Shown here: piece by piece, positions 1 to 9,737 of the stretch
Layout: every line of letters starts with the position of its first letter
Position numbering within the stretch: position 1 is the first letter of the stretch
Source of the DNA: Candidatus Sericytochromatia bacterium S15B-MN24 CBMW_12
Lineage (GTDB): Bacteria; Cyanobacteriota; Sericytochromatia; S15B-MN24; UBA4093
Direction of reading: 5' to 3'
Assembly: GCA_002083825.1 (NCBI GenBank)
Contig: DAZV01000014.1
Location: 1,080-65,079 of the forward strand
Length of the DNA: 64,000 nucleotides
Position numbers and translations under genes: made by a program
The notes under the pieces: generated by a model
Databases searched by the model: none
What the model saw: only the letters and a program-made list of their open reading frames with translations
Told to the model about the DNA's origin: nothing

Positions 1-33
1 ATCGAGCGGCATTACCCCAAGGAGAGCCGATAG

Positions 34-855
34 TCAATTCCGCTGGCGGTGGGTCAGGCAGGGGAGCTGTTCGCGAACCTGGCGCAGCCGCTCGGGATCG
101 ATGCGGGCGATCGCCACTCCCGCCATGTCCCCACTATCCGCCAGCACGTGTCCCCAGGGATCGATCACCAGCGCATGACCGTAGGACGCCCGCTTCGCGT
201 TGTGCCGCCCGCCCTGGGCCGGCGCCAGCAGGTACGAGGTGTTCTCGATGGCCCGCGCCCGCAGAAGGACGTGCCAGTGATCCACGCCGGTCTTGGTGAG
301 GAAGGCCGCGGGCACCGTCAGCATGTCGGCCCCCTGATCCATCAGGGCGCGGTAGTGCTCGGGGAAGCGAAGATCGTAGCAGATGGAGAGCCCCAGCATG
401 CCGAGTTCGCCGAGGTCGGCGACGACGGCATCCTGGCCGGGTTCGACGGTCTCGGACTCGACGAAGGTATTGCCTTCCCCGAAGGAGACGTCGAACATGT
501 GCCGCTTCTGGTAGCGGGCGATTTCCTTCCCGTCGCGCCCCACCACCACCAGCACGTTGCGGACGCGCGAGGATCCGGGAGCCGGAGGGGCGACCAGGCC
601 CGCGAAGAGCACGATTCCGTGGCGAACGGCCTGTTCCCGGAGCCATGCGAGCGCCAGGGGATAGGTTAGGTTTGCCTGTTCGGCGACTTCTTGGGCGGTC
701 TCGCCTATCTGGGGGAAGTTCTCGGGAAGTCCGACCAGTTCGGCGCCACGCTCGGCGGCTTCCGCTACCAGGCCCTCGGCGTGCCGGAGCGTCGCCTCGA
801 AGTCCGGCGTGCTCGTCATGTGGACGGCCGCCGCCAGGTAAGGGCGGGCGATCAC
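34..855 (-). CDS. Carbon-nitrogen hydrolase (nitrilase superfamily, Nit1/deaminated glutathione amidase-like)
   Basis: Catalytic E-K-C motifs LPENF, YQKRHMF, ICYDLRFPE; RARAIEN and SYGHA motifs; GTG start overlaps the tmk stop. Confidence 0.9.
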   Translation of the reverse strand: MIARPYLAAAVHMTSTPDFEATLRHAEGLVAEAAERGAELVGLPENFPQIGETAQEVAEQANLTYPLALAWLREQAVRHGIVLFAGLVAPPAPGSSRVRNVLVVVGRDGKEIARYQKRHMFDVSFGEGNTFVESETVEPGQDAVVADLGELGMLGLSICYDLRFPEHYRALMDQGADMLTVPAAFLTKTGVDHWHVLLRARAIENTSYLLAPAQGGRHNAKRASYGHALVIDPWGHVLADSGDMAGVAIARIDPERLRQVREQLPCLTHRQRN

Positions 856-1490
856 GGCGCGATTGGCGACGGGAGGCGCTCCAGCAGCGGCGCGACTTCG
901 GCCCAGATGGCCTCGGAAACCTCGGAAAGCGTCCCCGTGGCGTCGATGCGGGTGAGGCCGGGCGATTGGATGCCGGCGTAGATCTCGGCGACTTTACTCA
1001 GGAAGTCGAGCTTCTCGTAGCCGACGTTGGTGCCGCCCTCGCGTCCCTCGGAGATGCGCTTGGTGCTTTGCTCCGGGTCGATGTCGAAGAGCAGGGTGAG
1101 GTCCGGAGTGGGGAATCGCTGCTCGTTGACCTCCTGGATGCGGCGGGAATCCAGTCCCAGTGCGCCCTGGTACGCGATGTTGGAGAAGTAGTAGCGGTCC
1201 ATCAGGACGATACCGCCGCGCGAAAGCGTGGGGACGAGGGTATCCGCGACGTCGAGTTCGCGGTCCTTCAGAAAGAGGTCGAGTTCCTCGTCGAGGGTGA
1301 TGCCGTCGCGACCCTCGCGGGCGATCCGGCGGATGCGGCGGCCGTACTCGGAATCGGTCGGTTCCTTGGTCAGGACGGCCTCGTGGCCCAGGGACCGGAG
1401 GCGAGCCTGAAGGAGGGTCGCCTGGGTGGTCTTTCCGGCGCCGTCCACGCCTTCGAAGGCCAGGAGGAGGCCGGGATAGGGATGTTGCAT
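852..1490 (-). CDS. tmk: Thymidylate kinase
   Basis: P-loop FEGVDGAGKTT, KEP, MDRY..S..AYQG, PDLT motifs. Confidence 0.95.
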   Translation of the reverse strand: MQHPYPGLLLAFEGVDGAGKTTQATLLQARLRSLGHEAVLTKEPTDSEYGRRIRRIAREGRDGITLDEELDLFLKDRELDVADTLVPTLSRGGIVLMDRYYFSNIAYQGALGLDSRRIQEVNEQRFPTPDLTLLFDIDPEQSTKRISEGREGGTNVGYEKLDFLSKVAEIYAGIQSPGLTRIDATGTLSEVSEAIWAEVAPLLERLPSPIAP

Positions 1491-1502
1491 GCGTTTCCTC
1501 GT

Positions 1503-3026
1503 CTATTCGAATAGGTCCACGGGGTAGACGCAGACCCGGCGGTTCGGCTCCGAGCCGACCGATTGGCTTTTGAGTTGATAGCGTTCCACGAGCTCGTGTT
1601 GCAGGCGGCGGATGGGAGCCGAGCGGGGCTTGAGCTCGATGGTCCCGGCTCCTTCCAAGGCCTGGTCGATGGCGAGGCGCGTTTCCTTGAGGGCGTCATC
1701 CTCCTCGGGGACGTACTGGACGTCGAGGTGCATGACCTCGCGGAGGCTGCGCTGGATCTGGGGGATGGTGTTGGATTTGACGACGTAGACCGGGGTCTGG
1801 CGGTCCTCGGCGTCTTGCAGGAGGCGGCCGGCGCTCTTGACGTTGGCCTTGAGGATCAGCATGGCGTCGGCCTCCGAGAGGTTCTTGGTGATCTCGGCGG
1901 GCATCCTCAGGGTGCGGATCACGCGCTCGAGCTGCGAGCGGCTGACGGCGTAGGGAAAGATCCGGATCTTGGCTCCGGCGGTCTTCACGATGTTCGAGAT
2001 GTGGTGAGAGACGTCGGCGAGGGGTTCCTTGAGGATCTCTAGCGCGCCGTCCTCGCCCAGCTGCCGAATTTCGGGGCTGGGCATGAAGCCTCGGAGCATC
2101 TGGTCGACCGTGTCGGCGACGTCGCTGTGGACGGCGAGGCGGTCGCGGTCCTGGATCTCGATCGCGAGATCGAAGGTGGGCGGGGCCTTGCGCTCCAGGA
2201 TGCTCTTCTGGGTTCCGCGCCGGCGCGCCTCTTCGTCCGAGAGGGTTACCGACTGGATGCCGCCGACGAGGTCCGAGAGGGTGGGGTTCAAGAGGAGGTT
2301 TTCCAGGGAGTTGCCGTGGGCGGTGCCTATCAGCTGCACGCCGCGCTCGGCGATGGTCCGGGCGGCGAGAGCTTCTTGCTCGGTGCCAATCTCGTCGATC
2401 ACGATGACTTCGGGCATGTGGTTCTCGACCGCCTCGATCATGACGGCATGCTGCAGCGAGGGCGTGGGGACCTGCATGCGGCGGGCGCGTCCGATGGCGG
2501 GATGGGGGATGTCGCCGTCGCCCGCGATTTCGTTGGAGGTATCGATGACGATGACGCGCTTGTTGAGTTCGGTGGAGAGGACCCGCGCGATCTCGCGGAG
2601 CTTGGTGGTCTTGCCGATACCGGGGCGTCCGAGCAAGAGGAGGCTGCGGCCGGATTCGACCATGTCGCGGATCATGTCGATGGTGCCGGCGACGGCCCGT
2701 CCCACCCGGCAGGTGAGCCCGATGATTTCCCCCTGCCGGTTGCGGAGGCAGGAGATGCGGTGCAGCGTGGCCTCGATGCCGGCTCGGTTGTCGAGCGAGA
2801 AGGCGCCGACCCTCGCCAGCGCATGCGCGAGGTCCGCGCGCGTCACGGGAGCGACTCCGAGATCCTCGGAGCCCTCCGGGAAGCGGGCCTCCGGGACCCG
2901 CCCGAGATCCATCACCACCTCCACGAGGTCCTCGAGGTTCGGCATTTCCTGCAGCGCGCGGATCACCTCCGGGGGGAGGATCTCCAGAAGCTGCGCGAGG
3001 TTGTCCATGGTTTTCTTCTCGGACAT
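1503..3026 (-). CDS. Ycf45-like / SpoIIIAA-like AAA ATPase with C-terminal R3H domain
   Basis: Walker A GRPGIGKTT, IDTSNEIAGDGD, EAVENHMPEVIVIDEIG, TAHG; R3H motif RRLQH; ATG at 3026 preceded by GGAGG. Confidence 0.9.
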   Translation of the reverse strand: MSEKKTMDNLAQLLEILPPEVIRALQEMPNLEDLVEVVMDLGRVPEARFPEGSEDLGVAPVTRADLAHALARVGAFSLDNRAGIEATLHRISCLRNRQGEIIGLTCRVGRAVAGTIDMIRDMVESGRSLLLLGRPGIGKTTKLREIARVLSTELNKRVIVIDTSNEIAGDGDIPHPAIGRARRMQVPTPSLQHAVMIEAVENHMPEVIVIDEIGTEQEALAARTIAERGVQLIGTAHGNSLENLLLNPTLSDLVGGIQSVTLSDEEARRRGTQKSILERKAPPTFDLAIEIQDRDRLAVHSDVADTVDQMLRGFMPSPEIRQLGEDGALEILKEPLADVSHHISNIVKTAGAKIRIFPYAVSRSQLERVIRTLRMPAEITKNLSEADAMLILKANVKSAGRLLQDAEDRQTPVYVVKSNTIPQIQRSLREVMHLDVQYVPEEDDALKETRLAIDQALEGAGTIELKPRSAPIRRLQHELVERYQLKSQSVGSEPNRRVCVYPVDLFE

Positions 3027-3047
3027 TCTCAACCTCCGATTCGGGCC

Positions 3048-4052
3048 TCAGGTCTGCGGGGCGGGATCCACCGTCGAGACCAGGCGGCGGGCGCGTTCCA
3101 CGTCCTCGATGACTGCTTCGTCGCTCGGTGGCGGCTGGATTTTGGCCTTCATTATACTACGCGCGAAGCTCCCCATCCCCACTCCCGCCAGGGGAATCCG
3201 CGCCTCCCTCGCCAGCGGCCCCGTCCAGTCGTTGGCGCCGCCTGCCGCCTGCACGGCTGCTGGGATCTTCGCGTCGATCAGGGCCTGGGCGAAGCGTAGC
3301 GCGCTTTCGGTGGATGCCTTTCCCTTGGCTCCGCTGATGGGACGACCATCCGCCTGAAGGATGATTCGAGTCCCGGGAAACCAGCCGATCACCTCGTGGG
3401 CCAGGGTCAACGCCTCGGGTAACTCCAACTGCTCGCTGTTGACGCTCAAGGCGAAGAGGCCCCCACGCTTGACCCATTCCTGGCAGGGTTCCTTCCAGGC
3501 GAGAAGCTCCGAGCGGTCGCCCCCCCCCGTATGCAGCTCCAGCGCGCGCGCGCCTTCCTGCCAGAGCGCGTCGAGCGACGGGGCGAAAGGACGGTACTCC
3601 ATCGCGAGCGCGTCGTGGGGGCAGGCCGGAACGCAGAGGTTGCACCCCACGCAGCGATCGTCGAGGATCGCGAGGTCGAGGTCGATCGCCTCGTGAGGAC
3701 AGGCCTCCAGGCAGAAAGGGCAGGCCCAGGTGCAGCGCTCGGGAGTCTTGACGGCGATCCGGCAGTGGGGATCGTCGGAGGCCGTCACCGACGTCATCAC
3801 GACGGGATACCTCTCGTCGTCCAGCCGCCAGGGCCCCGGTAGCCGTGCGGCTCGTTCGCGAGCGGCTCGGATGCCCTCTCGGGCCGATCGGATGGCTTCG
3901 GGGGTTGCCGCGACGTCTATCAGGCGCGCGCCGGCCAGGGCGTAGACCTCGCTGAGGTAGGCTAGCTGCGCGTAGTCGGTGAAGTTGGCCCCGCAGATCA
4001 GCTTGAAGTATGGCCGGTCGGCGGAGAGAAGGGGGTGAATGCTCGAACTCAA
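3048..4052 (-). CDS. ldpA: LdpA-like Fe-S protein (circadian input protein LdpA family)
   Basis: N-terminal FKLICGA..Y.LAGA..IDVAA; two 4Fe-4S motifs (CTWACPFCLEACP, CVGCNLCVPACP); ELHT, QADGRPISG, AGGAN motifs; TTG start overlaps the upstream stop. Confidence 0.8.
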   Translation of the reverse strand: MSSSIHPLLSADRPYFKLICGANFTDYAQLAYLSEVYALAGARLIDVAATPEAIRSAREGIRAARERAARLPGPWRLDDERYPVVMTSVTASDDPHCRIAVKTPERCTWACPFCLEACPHEAIDLDLAILDDRCVGCNLCVPACPHDALAMEYRPFAPSLDALWQEGARALELHTGGGDRSELLAWKEPCQEWVKRGGLFALSVNSEQLELPEALTLAHEVIGWFPGTRIILQADGRPISGAKGKASTESALRFAQALIDAKIPAAVQAAGGANDWTGPLAREARIPLAGVGMGSFARSIMKAKIQPPPSDEAVIEDVERARRLVSTVDPAPQT

Positions 4053-5449
4053 GCCATGATCCGAATCGTCTCGAAGTTGGGATCCGCGGGACCAACGAAC
4101 TGGGCGCCTAGCGCACGCATGTCGTCTAGGTATTCTACCACTTCTGGGGTGATTCGCTCGCCAGGAACCAGTGCCGGCGCCCCGGGTGGGTAGGGGCAGA
4201 CGAGTTCCGCGGAGACCTCCCCCAGGGCCCGGCTCCAGGGGATCGGTCGGCTTTCGGCGAAGAAGGCTTCGCGCGGGAGCAGGACCATCGGGGGGATCGG
4301 CGGCATGGGGGGATCGGGTTCGTTGCGAGGGGCGTGGCGGGCGAACGCCAGGCAGGCCTCCGCCAGGCGTTCGAGATCCCCTGGGCGAGTCCCCGGTCCC
4401 ATGAAGGCCACGACGAGGCGATGGGTCGCGTGCTCGATGATGACCCCTTCCTGGGCCAGGATGTCGGCCGCCTCGTAGCCGCTCAGGCCGGCTCCCGTGA
4501 CGTCGATGCCTATCTTGAGCGGATCCCCGGGAGGCATGACGCGAAGTCCCGGCAGGCCGGCAATGCGTTCGCGCGCGAGTCGGGCCCAGCGGATCGGGGC
4601 TTCCCAGCGTTCGGGGGGCGCGAGGGCTTCCTTTCGGCGGGCGGCGTCGAGGCTCGCGAGCACGAGGTAGGAGGGGCTGGTGGTCTGCAGGAGGCTCAGG
4701 GCGCGGTGCACGCGGTCTTGGTCGAGGCGCCCGCCCTTCAGGTGAAGCATGGCCCCGGGAGTCAGGGCGCCTAGCATTTTATGGGTAGATTGAACCGCCG
4801 CGTCGGCCCCGAGCGCCAGCGCGCCCTCCGGTAACGCTGGATGCAACCCGACATGCGCTCCGTGCGCCTCGTCGACCAGCAAGGTGACTCCCGCCGCGTG
4901 GATGCGCTCGGCGTAGACATCCAAATCAAACAAACTCCCCGCATAGCTGGGGCGGGTGAGCAGAACGGCCCGAGGGGCCTGCGATGCGAGCGCCGCCGAG
5001 AGATCCTCCAGGTCGGGAGGGCCCCAGGAGCGGTCTTCCATGGCGCCGAGCGAGCTGTAGACCGGCCGCGCGCCGGCCAGGATGAGACCTCCCAGGGCGC
5101 TCATGTGCGCGTCCCGCGGCAGGATGACGGCGTCTCCGGGGCGGCAACTGGCGAGGATCATCGCATGGATGCCCACGGTCGAGCCGCCGACCAGGAAGTA
5201 GGTTTTGTCGGATCCCCAGAGGTCTGCTGCGAGGGCTTGAGCCTCGGCGATGGGGCCGCGGGGGGCATGGAGGGAGTCGAGGCCGTCGAGTTCGGTCAGG
5301 TCGAGCTTGGCCGCGGTCTGAAGCCACGGGGCCAGCGCGTCGTCCAGGCCCTCTCCGCCCTTGTGGCCTGGAACGTGAAGGGCGGTGGGCGACGAGGCGA
5401 CGTGCCGGAGCAGGGCGTCGAGGAGAGGGGCCGCTTGGTGGGGGTTCAG
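4049..5449 (-). CDS. Orn/Lys/Arg decarboxylase family PLP enzyme (YaaO-like); probable CTG start
   Basis: The frame is open upstream of the listed start (5176) and encodes the family N-terminus APLLDAL..HVPGHKGG..DLTELDGLDSLH; DEAHG, QSTHK, TTSPSY, PYPPG motifs. Confidence 0.88.
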   Translation of the reverse strand: MNPHQAAPLLDALLRHVASSPTALHVPGHKGGEGLDDALAPWLQTAAKLDLTELDGLDSLHAPRGPIAEAQALAADLWGSDKTYFLVGGSTVGIHAMILASCRPGDAVILPRDAHMSALGGLILAGARPVYSSLGAMEDRSWGPPDLEDLSAALASQAPRAVLLTRPSYAGSLFDLDVYAERIHAAGVTLLVDEAHGAHVGLHPALPEGALALGADAAVQSTHKMLGALTPGAMLHLKGGRLDQDRVHRALSLLQTTSPSYLVLASLDAARRKEALAPPERWEAPIRWARLARERIAGLPGLRVMPPGDPLKIGIDVTGAGLSGYEAADILAQEGVIIEHATHRLVVAFMGPGTRPGDLERLAEACLAFARHAPRNEPDPPMPPIPPMVLLPREAFFAESRPIPWSRALGEVSAELVCPYPPGAPALVPGERITPEVVEYLDDMRALGAQFVGPADPNFETIRIMA

Positions 5450-6795
5450 AACTGGATCTCTCCCTCGACGATGGTGAAGGTCTTGCCGAAGTAGGCGCGA
5501 TCGAGGCGGAGGATCTTGTGGTTGAGCATGATGACCGAACCGGCGTGACTCTCGCCCTTGATGATGACCTTGGGGATCGGCAGTTCCACGTCCTCGGCGC
5601 TGAGTTCGAGGATCTGCTGGCGAACCTGGGCCAATCGAAGGCTCATGTTGACCTTCTGGGGCATGAGCCGCTGGAGGTTGAAGGGGCCATCGGCCGGTGG
5701 GCTCGCCATGACGGTCTTGATGAGGCCGGTGACTTCATCGAGGTCGATGACGAGTTGCTCTTCCTCGGCCCGGAACTGGTCGAGGAGGTCACCGGGGGGC
5801 TCCTGGTTGATCTCGATGCGGGTGGGCGTCTCGTGGGTCGTGCCCAGGGAGCCGACCTGAACGAGCTCTCCGGCCTTGACGAGGCCGCCTATCAGGTGGC
5901 CGCCGACGGTGATTTTCTTGCCGGCCGAGAGGGTGGAGTGCATGGCGTCGCTCTGGATCGTGAGATCGCGGTGAGCCGTCAAGGTGGACTGAGAGTCCAC
6001 GAAGCGAACGGAAAGATCCCCTTGGGCCTCGACGACGGCTTGGTTCCTGACTCCGCCCTTGATGACGATCGAGCCGCCGGACTGCAGGTGACCGCCCTCG
6101 ACGTAGCCTCGGACCTCGACGTCCTCGGTGGCGCGGATGCTGAATCCGGCGTTGACGCCGCCCTTGACGATCACGGTTCCCTGGAAGTTGATGTTCCCCA
6201 CGGAGAAGTCTACTTCGTCGACCGTGAAGACCGGACGAACGGAGATGCGGTTCTTCTCCACGGCGGGGACGCCGGTCGCGGAGGCCACGACTTCGAGCTT
6301 GTCCTGACTCAAGACGACGTTCTTGCCAGCCAGAAGATGAACGTCCTTGATGGCTGGCGGGGGGATGGGCTGTCCGGTCACGGTACAGCCGGGGGTTCCC
6401 AAGGTCGCGGGGATCTTCCGGGCCAGGACCTGGCCTTCGATCACGTTCTGGATGACGCGCCCTTCGCGGTAGTCCACCTTGCCGCCGTCGTACTCCACCG
6501 GTCCGACGTCGATGGGATCGGCGGAGAAGAAGAACTCGACCCGGGCGGGTTCGCCGGGGAGCGGCGGGGTGCCGAGGGCCACCAGCATCCCGTCCGCCGG
6601 CGGATCGGCGGAGAGCAGCAGCAACGCATCCTCGTCGATGCCGGAGATGACCCCATTCTGATGCAGGGCTGCGCGCAACTCGTCCAAGGGCACGGACGTC
6701 GGCGGGACCACCCGCAGCCAGGCCTCGAGGCCTTTTTGCATGATGGATACCTTGAGGGCAAATGAGAAGGACTGGGTCGTCTCCACCGTCAACAT
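5446..6795 (-). CDS. FapA / DUF342 family protein
   Basis: VDYRE..IQNV.EGQVLARKIP..G.PG.TVTG; VDFSVGNINFQG; repeated Gly-rich beta-helix segments with a C-terminal coiled coil. Confidence 0.85.
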   Translation of the reverse strand: MLTVETTQSFSFALKVSIMQKGLEAWLRVVPPTSVPLDELRAALHQNGVISGIDEDALLLLSADPPADGMLVALGTPPLPGEPARVEFFFSADPIDVGPVEYDGGKVDYREGRVIQNVIEGQVLARKIPATLGTPGCTVTGQPIPPPAIKDVHLLAGKNVVLSQDKLEVVASATGVPAVEKNRISVRPVFTVDEVDFSVGNINFQGTVIVKGGVNAGFSIRATEDVEVRGYVEGGHLQSGGSIVIKGGVRNQAVVEAQGDLSVRFVDSQSTLTAHRDLTIQSDAMHSTLSAGKKITVGGHLIGGLVKAGELVQVGSLGTTHETPTRIEINQEPPGDLLDQFRAEEEQLVIDLDEVTGLIKTVMASPPADGPFNLQRLMPQKVNMSLRLAQVRQQILELSAEDVELPIPKVIIKGESHAGSVIMLNHKILRLDRAYFGKTFTIVEGEIQF

Positions 6796-6800
6796 TCCTT

Positions 6801-6840
6801 CGCCGCAGCTTGCGCCGCAGCTTGCGTCATGGCTTGCGCC
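6801..6840. repeat. 12-bp tandem repeat in the leader of the DUF342 operon
   Basis: CGCCGCAGCTTG CGCCGCAGCTTG CGTCATGGCTTG CGCC. Confidence 0.7.
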
Positions 6841-6983
6841 GGGTATGAACCGTGCCTGTCGGCTCGAAGGAAAAGACTGCTTCGAGCCTATTCGCCTGTT
6901 TCGAAACGAATCGACACGTTGATTATACCCTCATCCTGACATTTTCAGACAAGTGAACGTCGCGGCTTCAAGTGGCTACTGGT

Positions 6984-8654
6984 TTACATGCGTTCGGGAG
7001 CTCGCACGCCGAGGATGTCATCGAGCGCATTGGCGAGCACCGTTCGGCTCGCCACCGCCAATGCCAGACGTGCCCGGGTCAGTGGGGCATCTTCCGGATT
7101 GAGCACCCGGCAGTTGGTGTAGAACGAGTGGAAATCCCCCGCCAGGTCCTGGGCGAATCTCGCGATGCGGTGAGGTTCGCGGGCGCTCGCCGCCCCGCTG
7201 AGCTCATCCGTATAGCTCGCGAGTTTCAGCATGAGGACGCGCTCGTCGGCATGGCTCAAGGGAGAGAGATCGGCCGTTTCCAGGCCGTCGAGCGATTGCC
7301 CTTGTTCTTCGGCCAGGCGCAAGATCGAGCAGATCCGGGCATGGGCGTACTGTACGTAAAAGACCGGATTGTCCGCGGTTTCCTTCTTGGCGAGCTCCAG
7401 GTCGAAATCCAGCGGAGTGTCGGCCGAGCGCATGACCAGGAAGAAGCGGGCGGCATCGGGGCCGACCTCGTCGATCACCTCGTCGAGCGTGACCATCTCG
7501 CCGGTGCGCTTGGACATCCTCACCGGCTCGCCGGCGCGATAGAGGCTCACCAGCTGCCCGATGATGATCTCCAGCTTTTCCGCGGGGTAGCCCAGGGACT
7601 GGACCGCCGCCTTCATGCGGGCGACGTAGCCGTGGTGATCGGCGCCGAAGATGTTGATGAGCTTGTCGTAGCCGCGGTCGAGCTTGTTCCAGTGGTAGGC
7701 GATGTCGGCGGCGAGGTAGGTCGGCATGCCGTTCTCGCGGATGACCACGCGGTCCTTGTCGTCCCCGAAATCGGTGGACCTCAGCCAGAGTGCGCCATCC
7801 AGTTCGTAGAGGTAGCCCTTTTGCTTGAGGACGTCGACCGCTTTCTGGATCGCTCCTTCGCGGTGAAGTCGGGTCTCGGGGAAGAAGTCGTCGAAGTGGC
7901 AGCGGATGCGGGAAAGGGTTTGCTGCTGCTGGCCGAGTAGGAGGTCGCGGGCGAATTCGGTCAGCCGCTTCACCTTGGTCTCTTCGTCGAGGCCCTCGAG
8001 TTCGTTGCCCAGATGCTCGCGCGCAGCTGCCGCCACGTCATGGATGTACGCCCCGCCGTAGAACTCCTTGCCGGCATCGCCCTGGGGGATGTCTCTTCCT
8101 TCGATGCGGTACAAGACCGAGCGGCCGAGGTTGAGCATCTGATTGCCGGCGTCGTTGATGTAGAACTCCTGGTGGACCTGGTAGCCCGCGGCGTTCATGA
8201 CGTTGGCGAGGGTGCTGCCGATGGCGGCCCAGCGGCCATGGCCGACGTGAAGGGGCCCGGTCGGGTTGGCGGAGACGAACTCCAGGAGGATCTTCTCGCC
8301 CTTGCCGGCATCCGAGCGCCCGTAGGCCGCTTTCTGGGCGAGGACCGCGCGAACGTTGTCGCGCAGCCAGTCGAGGCTCAAGGAGAGGTTGATGAAGCCG
8401 GGACCCGCCATGGAAGCCTTGGCGATCAGGCCATCGGTCGCAATCCGTTCGAGGAGGATCTTGGCGATTTGGGGCGGCGCCATCTTGGCGGGCTTTGCCA
8501 GGATCATCGCGAGGTTGGTCGCGTAGTCGCCGTGTAGGGGATCGCGGGGTTTTTCGACCAGCGGACGGACGGTGATGCCCTCGGGCAGTTGGCCGTGGGT
8601 GATGGCGGCGTCGAGGGCGCCCGCGAGCTGATCGGCGATGAGTTGTCTAAGCAT
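6984..8654 (-). CDS. argS: Arginyl-tRNA synthetase
   Basis: EFVSANPTGPLHVGHGR, GADHHGY, MSKRTG, NPVFYVQYAHARICS. Confidence 0.97.
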   Translation of the reverse strand: MLRQLIADQLAGALDAAITHGQLPEGITVRPLVEKPRDPLHGDYATNLAMILAKPAKMAPPQIAKILLERIATDGLIAKASMAGPGFINLSLSLDWLRDNVRAVLAQKAAYGRSDAGKGEKILLEFVSANPTGPLHVGHGRWAAIGSTLANVMNAAGYQVHQEFYINDAGNQMLNLGRSVLYRIEGRDIPQGDAGKEFYGGAYIHDVAAAAREHLGNELEGLDEETKVKRLTEFARDLLLGQQQQTLSRIRCHFDDFFPETRLHREGAIQKAVDVLKQKGYLYELDGALWLRSTDFGDDKDRVVIRENGMPTYLAADIAYHWNKLDRGYDKLINIFGADHHGYVARMKAAVQSLGYPAEKLEIIIGQLVSLYRAGEPVRMSKRTGEMVTLDEVIDEVGPDAARFFLVMRSADTPLDFDLELAKKETADNPVFYVQYAHARICSILRLAEEQGQSLDGLETADLSPLSHADERVLMLKLASYTDELSGAASAREPHRIARFAQDLAGDFHSFYTNCRVLNPEDAPLTRARLALAVASRTVLANALDDILGVRAPERM

Positions 8655-9078
8655 GGGCGGGTTCTTCTCCGATGATCGTCAAGTGGAGGATGAGGGTGAA
8701 GTTGCCGAGCAAGGCCGAGTCGGAGTACAGGTCGTACTCCAGCTGCAACTCCGCGCCGGAGGGGATCTCGATCCTGTCGAGACGCTTGGTGTAGGTGAGG
8801 AGGGGAAGCATCGAACCCATGAGCGTCAGCTCGCTCGGGACGGACTTTCCCTGGCGGAAGACCTGCCAGGATTCGAGGTTCGGTCCGCGTCGAAACAGGC
8901 GCCACTCGTCGGTCGCCATCTTGAGGGTGGTCTGGATGCCTTCGGCGTCCCGGAAGATCAGGTAGTCGTGACCGTCCTGTCGATACCAGGAACCCTGGTG
9001 CTCGCTGCGGGTGACCTGGGTTTGGCGGTCGCTGTCGAGTTGTCGGCTTTCGAGTTTGATGCTGACGATTTTCTTCAT
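8647..9078 (-). CDS. DUF1934 (YwiB-like) family protein
   Basis: C-terminal 143 aa of the listed ORF, from MKKIVSIK; beta-rich sequence; ATGA overlap with rlmH; position upstream of argS matches ywiB-argS. Confidence 0.65.
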   Translation of the reverse strand: MKKIVSIKLESRQLDSDRQTQVTRSEHQGSWYRQDGHDYLIFRDAEGIQTTLKMATDEWRLFRRGPNLESWQVFRQGKSVPSELTLMGSMLPLLTYTKRLDRIEIPSGAELQLEYDLYSDSALLGNFTLILHLTIIGEEPAHA

Positions 9079-9542
9079 GCTTTGTGATAGGGCTCTCCCC
9101 GGCGGAGGGTCTCGCAGCGGTAGAGCTGTTCGAGCAGCACCAGACGGGCTAGTTGGTAAGGGAGGGTCAACGGGGAGAGGCCCATCTTCCAGCGGGCCTC
9201 GCTTTCGAGGTCGGCATCCAGCCCTTGGGGGCCGCCGAGGACGAAGGCGAGGGAACTGAGCCCCTGGGCTTCGAAGGATTCCAGCTTCGCGGCGAGCTGG
9301 ACCGTGGAGAGCTGGGAACCCCGCTCGGTGAGGGCGATGATCTCGGACCCTCGGCAGGCGGCCCTCAGCTTTTCGGCTTCCGTCCGCATGACGTGAGCTT
9401 CCCGGCCGGCGATCAGGCGTTCTTCGGGGACCTCGATCAGCTCGATGGGGCGATAGTGCTTGAGGCGTCCGGCATACTCGGAGATCGCCTCGCGGTAGAA
9501 CGACTCCTTGATGCGGCCGACGGCCACGATGGACCACTTCAC
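9075..9542 (-). CDS. rlmH: 23S rRNA pseudouridine-1915 N3-methyltransferase
   Basis: IVAVGRIK, FVLGGPQGL, LSPLTLP, LLEQLYR, PYHK motifs. Confidence 0.95.
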   Translation of the reverse strand: MKWSIVAVGRIKESFYREAISEYAGRLKHYRPIELIEVPEERLIAGREAHVMRTEAEKLRAACRGSEIIALTERGSQLSTVQLAAKLESFEAQGLSSLAFVLGGPQGLDADLESEARWKMGLSPLTLPYQLARLVLLEQLYRCETLRRGEPYHKA

Positions 9543-9737
9543 GGCAAGTCTCCCAGCTTTCGACCGGACCGGGCCGAAAACTCACTTTACCCCTCTCGCA
9601 GAGCCCTCGTCAAGCAAGGCTGGCGCTGCCGCACCCCCCTCCTATCCCCTGGTCGATGTGCTACAATGTAGCTGGCCTGCCTGCCTCTGAAAAGGGCGCG
9701 GGACGGGCATGATGCCAAAAGTGGGAGTGATGCAGCA

